Assembly (NCBI GenBank): GCA_044345405.1
Contig: JBIJBE010000055.1
Coordinates: forward strand, 1 to 19,062
Direction: 5' to 3'
Length of the DNA: 19,062 bases
From: Bdellovibrionota bacterium
GTDB lineage: Bacteria > Bdellovibrionota_C > UBA2361 > OMII01
Position 1 is the first letter of the stretch; each line of letters begins with the position of its first letter. Both the position numbers and the translations under genes were made by a program. Positions 17,221 through 19,062 of this stretch are shown here, piece after piece. Below the pieces are notes generated by a model, which saw nothing but the letters and a program-made list of their open reading frames with translations, was not told where the DNA came from and ran no database searches.

Positions 17221-17247
17221 CTATCGACCAATCGTCTCCAAAGCTGA
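17221..17247 (-). promoter_or_regulatory. Possible sigma28 (FliA)-like promoter upstream of the STAS operon
   Basis: Minus strand TCAG-N15-GTCGATAG versus consensus TAAA-N15-GCCGATAA. The -10 matches 6/8 and the -35 is weak. Confidence 0.25.
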
Positions 17248-17378
17248 AGGGAAAGCGTCCGGCGCCGTTTACTCCCCGTAAAAATAGAACTAGCCCATTG
17301 GAATCACTACGCAATTGAGTCACCATCGGAGAAGGCAGGCGAGCGGAACTTGATGGTTGTCGGGCGAAGTGGCTCGCC

Positions 17379-17408
17379 TTGCTTTTATCCGGCTTAAACC
17401 ATTATAAT
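17379..17408 (+). promoter_or_regulatory. Sigma70 promoter for the methyltransferase operon
   Basis: TTGCTT (17379-17384), 18 bp spacer, perfect TATAAT (17403-17408). Confidence 0.65.
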
Positions 17409-17471
17409 CCCAGCCGTTTTTAGGAACTTCGCGTGACCGCTCGGTCACCTCACCGTCTTGAGAGGATAGTC

Positions 17472-18236
17472 ATGTCGCCACTGGCGGAGTACACCCCGGA
17501 TCCTACGGATACCACCGCGACCTCAGGACACACCGAGAACGCTGACCTTCACGCGTCCTCCGATGAATACGCCGCCCGTTTCGGCGATGCCGTTGGTCAG
17601 TGGATGCTTCAGGTTCAGGAGAGCGCGCTCTTCGAACTTCTCGACAATGAATGCGCCTCCGTTCTCGACGTTGGGGGAGGACACGGTCAGATCGCTATCC
17701 CCCTCGCGCAACACGACCACTCGGTCACAGTGGTAGGAAGTTCACACCTCTGCGCGCAACGACTCGCACCCTTCATCGAGAGCGGCGCGATCTCCTTCAA
17801 GGTCGCGAATCTGATCGAACTCCCCTACCACGACAAAGCGTTCGCGCTTACGACAAGCTTTCGACTCATGAGTCACTGCACACAGTGGCGTACGTTGGTC
17901 GCGGAATTATGTCGTGTTTCTGAGCACGCCGTTATTATCGACTACCCTGTGTGGTTGAGCGTCAACATCCTCACCCCCCTTCTCTTCTTCGTGAAGCGAA
18001 AGATCGAGGGGAATACACGGACGTATCGGATGTTCTCTACTCGAGAGCTTCAGCGGGAATTTAAGAAGCACGGATTTCGTCTTGAACGCGCGAAGAAACA
18101 GTTCGTATGGCCGATGGCGCTCCACCGCATGCTCAAGAGCATCCCGCTCTCGAAAAATCTTGAGGCGCCGATGCGAGCACTCGGCATCACCCGTCTCTTC
18201 GGTTCCCCCGTCGTGGCTAAGTTTGTTCGAGAGTGA
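17472..18236 (+). CDS. Class I SAM-dependent methyltransferase
   Basis: Motif I VLDVGGGHG and LPYHDKAF...SFRLMSH...ELCRV. ATG 17472 has a GAGGA RBS; the ORF track starts at GTG 17433. Confidence 0.88.
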   Translation: MSPLAEYTPDPTDTTATSGHTENADLHASSDEYAARFGDAVGQWMLQVQESALFELLDNECASVLDVGGGHGQIAIPLAQHDHSVTVVGSSHLCAQRLAPFIESGAISFKVANLIELPYHDKAFALTTSFRLMSHCTQWRTLVAELCRVSEHAVIIDYPVWLSVNILTPLLFFVKRKIEGNTRTYRMFSTRELQREFKKHGFRLERAKKQFVWPMALHRMLKSIPLSKNLEAPMRALGITRLFGSPVVAKFVRE

Positions 18237-18244
18237 TATTCGCG

Positions 18245-19062
18245 ATGACATCGGCAATCGATCCATCAGGTGAGAACCAACCCACTCCGCGACGAGAGAA
18301 GCCCGCTTCGCTACGCGTGCTTCCTGACACGACGCCCTATACGCAACTCCGCGATGGAGGTCGCTTCAATGAGCCCCTGGAGTGGACCAAGGACAAGGAA
18401 GACAAGACTCCTCGCGCGTTGCGCGGACTCGCGAAGATAATTGACGGAGGGCTGTGCCATCGGTGCGGCTCATGCGTTGGCATCTGCCCCACCGGCGTGC
18501 TCGGCCTCGACAGGGAGGATTATCCAGCCGTGCATAATCTTTCGGCGTGCACCGATTGCGACCTGTGTGTGAAGGTGTGCCCAGGTGACGAGTTCGATCT
18601 TCACGAGGCGTATAAGAAGACCCTCGGTGTAGAGGCGGATGTTACCTCGACCCACGGACACTTTATCGATTCCTTCATCTCCTACTCTACCGATCCGATG
18701 ATACGGGAACGATCAACGAGCGGTGGATTAGTAACCGGTATCCTACTCAACATGTTGCGCCGCAAAGAGATCGATGGCGCGGTGGTTATCGTCTCTGATG
18801 ACAAGCAGCTCTGGAAAGGGAAACCGATCGTGGCGCGAACCGAGGAGGAGATCCTCTCGGCGATGAAATCGAAGTACGCCATCTGCCCCACCAACTCAGT
18901 CTTCGGCGAGATCCGAAACATTCCCGGCCGCTACGCACTCGTTGGCCTTCCGTGTCAGATTCACGGATTCACGAAAGCGGCGGAGCTCGACCAACGACTG
19001 AAAGAACGTATCGTCCTTACGATCGGACTCTTCTGTCACGCCGCCGTTGAGCACGAGGCTCT
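18245..19062 (+). CDS. Coenzyme F420 hydrogenase/dehydrogenase beta-subunit (FrhB/FdhB) family Fe-S protein, truncated by the window end
   Basis: Not in the ORF track; translated by hand from ATG 18245 and open to the window end. Two 4Fe-4S motifs, CHRCGSCVGICP and CTDCDLCVKVCP, then RERSTSGGLVT, IDGAVV, KSKY, ALVGLPCQI and IGLFC. Confidence 0.9.
   Translation, partial: MTSAIDPSGENQPTPRREKPASLRVLPDTTPYTQLRDGGRFNEPLEWTKDKEDKTPRALRGLAKIIDGGLCHRCGSCVGICPTGVLGLDREDYPAVHNLSACTDCDLCVKVCPGDEFDLHEAYKKTLGVEADVTSTHGHFIDSFISYSTDPMIRERSTSGGLVTGILLNMLRRKEIDGAVVIVSDDKQLWKGKPIVARTEEEILSAMKSKYAICPTNSVFGEIRNIPGRYALVGLPCQIHGFTKAAELDQRLKERIVLTIGLFCHAAVEHEA

Overview
Chromosomal window from a bacterium that is probably deltaproteobacteria-like or Bdellovibrionota-like. 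This is inferred from the secreted trypsin-like lipoprotein, stand-alone mreB, orphan gspK and the partner-switching module. Most genes are housekeeping or envelope related: an S1 protease, ychF, an ABC-type permease with a coupled upstream protein, a large GT-C-like membrane protein with a C-terminal NPCBM domain, tRNA-Lys(UUU), a gluconokinase-like P-loop kinase, a flippase-like protein, mreB, 3-hydroxybutyryl-CoA dehydrogenase, a YciF-like ferritin, gspK, rpmB, a SAM methyltransferase, and a truncated FrhB-family Fe-S protein that the ORF track misses. Four things stand out. (1) A 137-bp tandem array of inverted, covarying REP-like hairpins at 1-445, one of which has a 25-bp foreign element inserted in its loop. 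(2) A second hairpin-repeat array at 7817-8210, bracketed by the tRNA-Lys 3' end and a degenerate copy of it. (3) A compact operon of STAS, REC-anti-sigma kinase and Zn-ribbon genes, with no sigma factor or phosphatase in the window. (4) A hairpin-dense intergenic region after ychF. No CRISPR array, integrase or transposase was seen.
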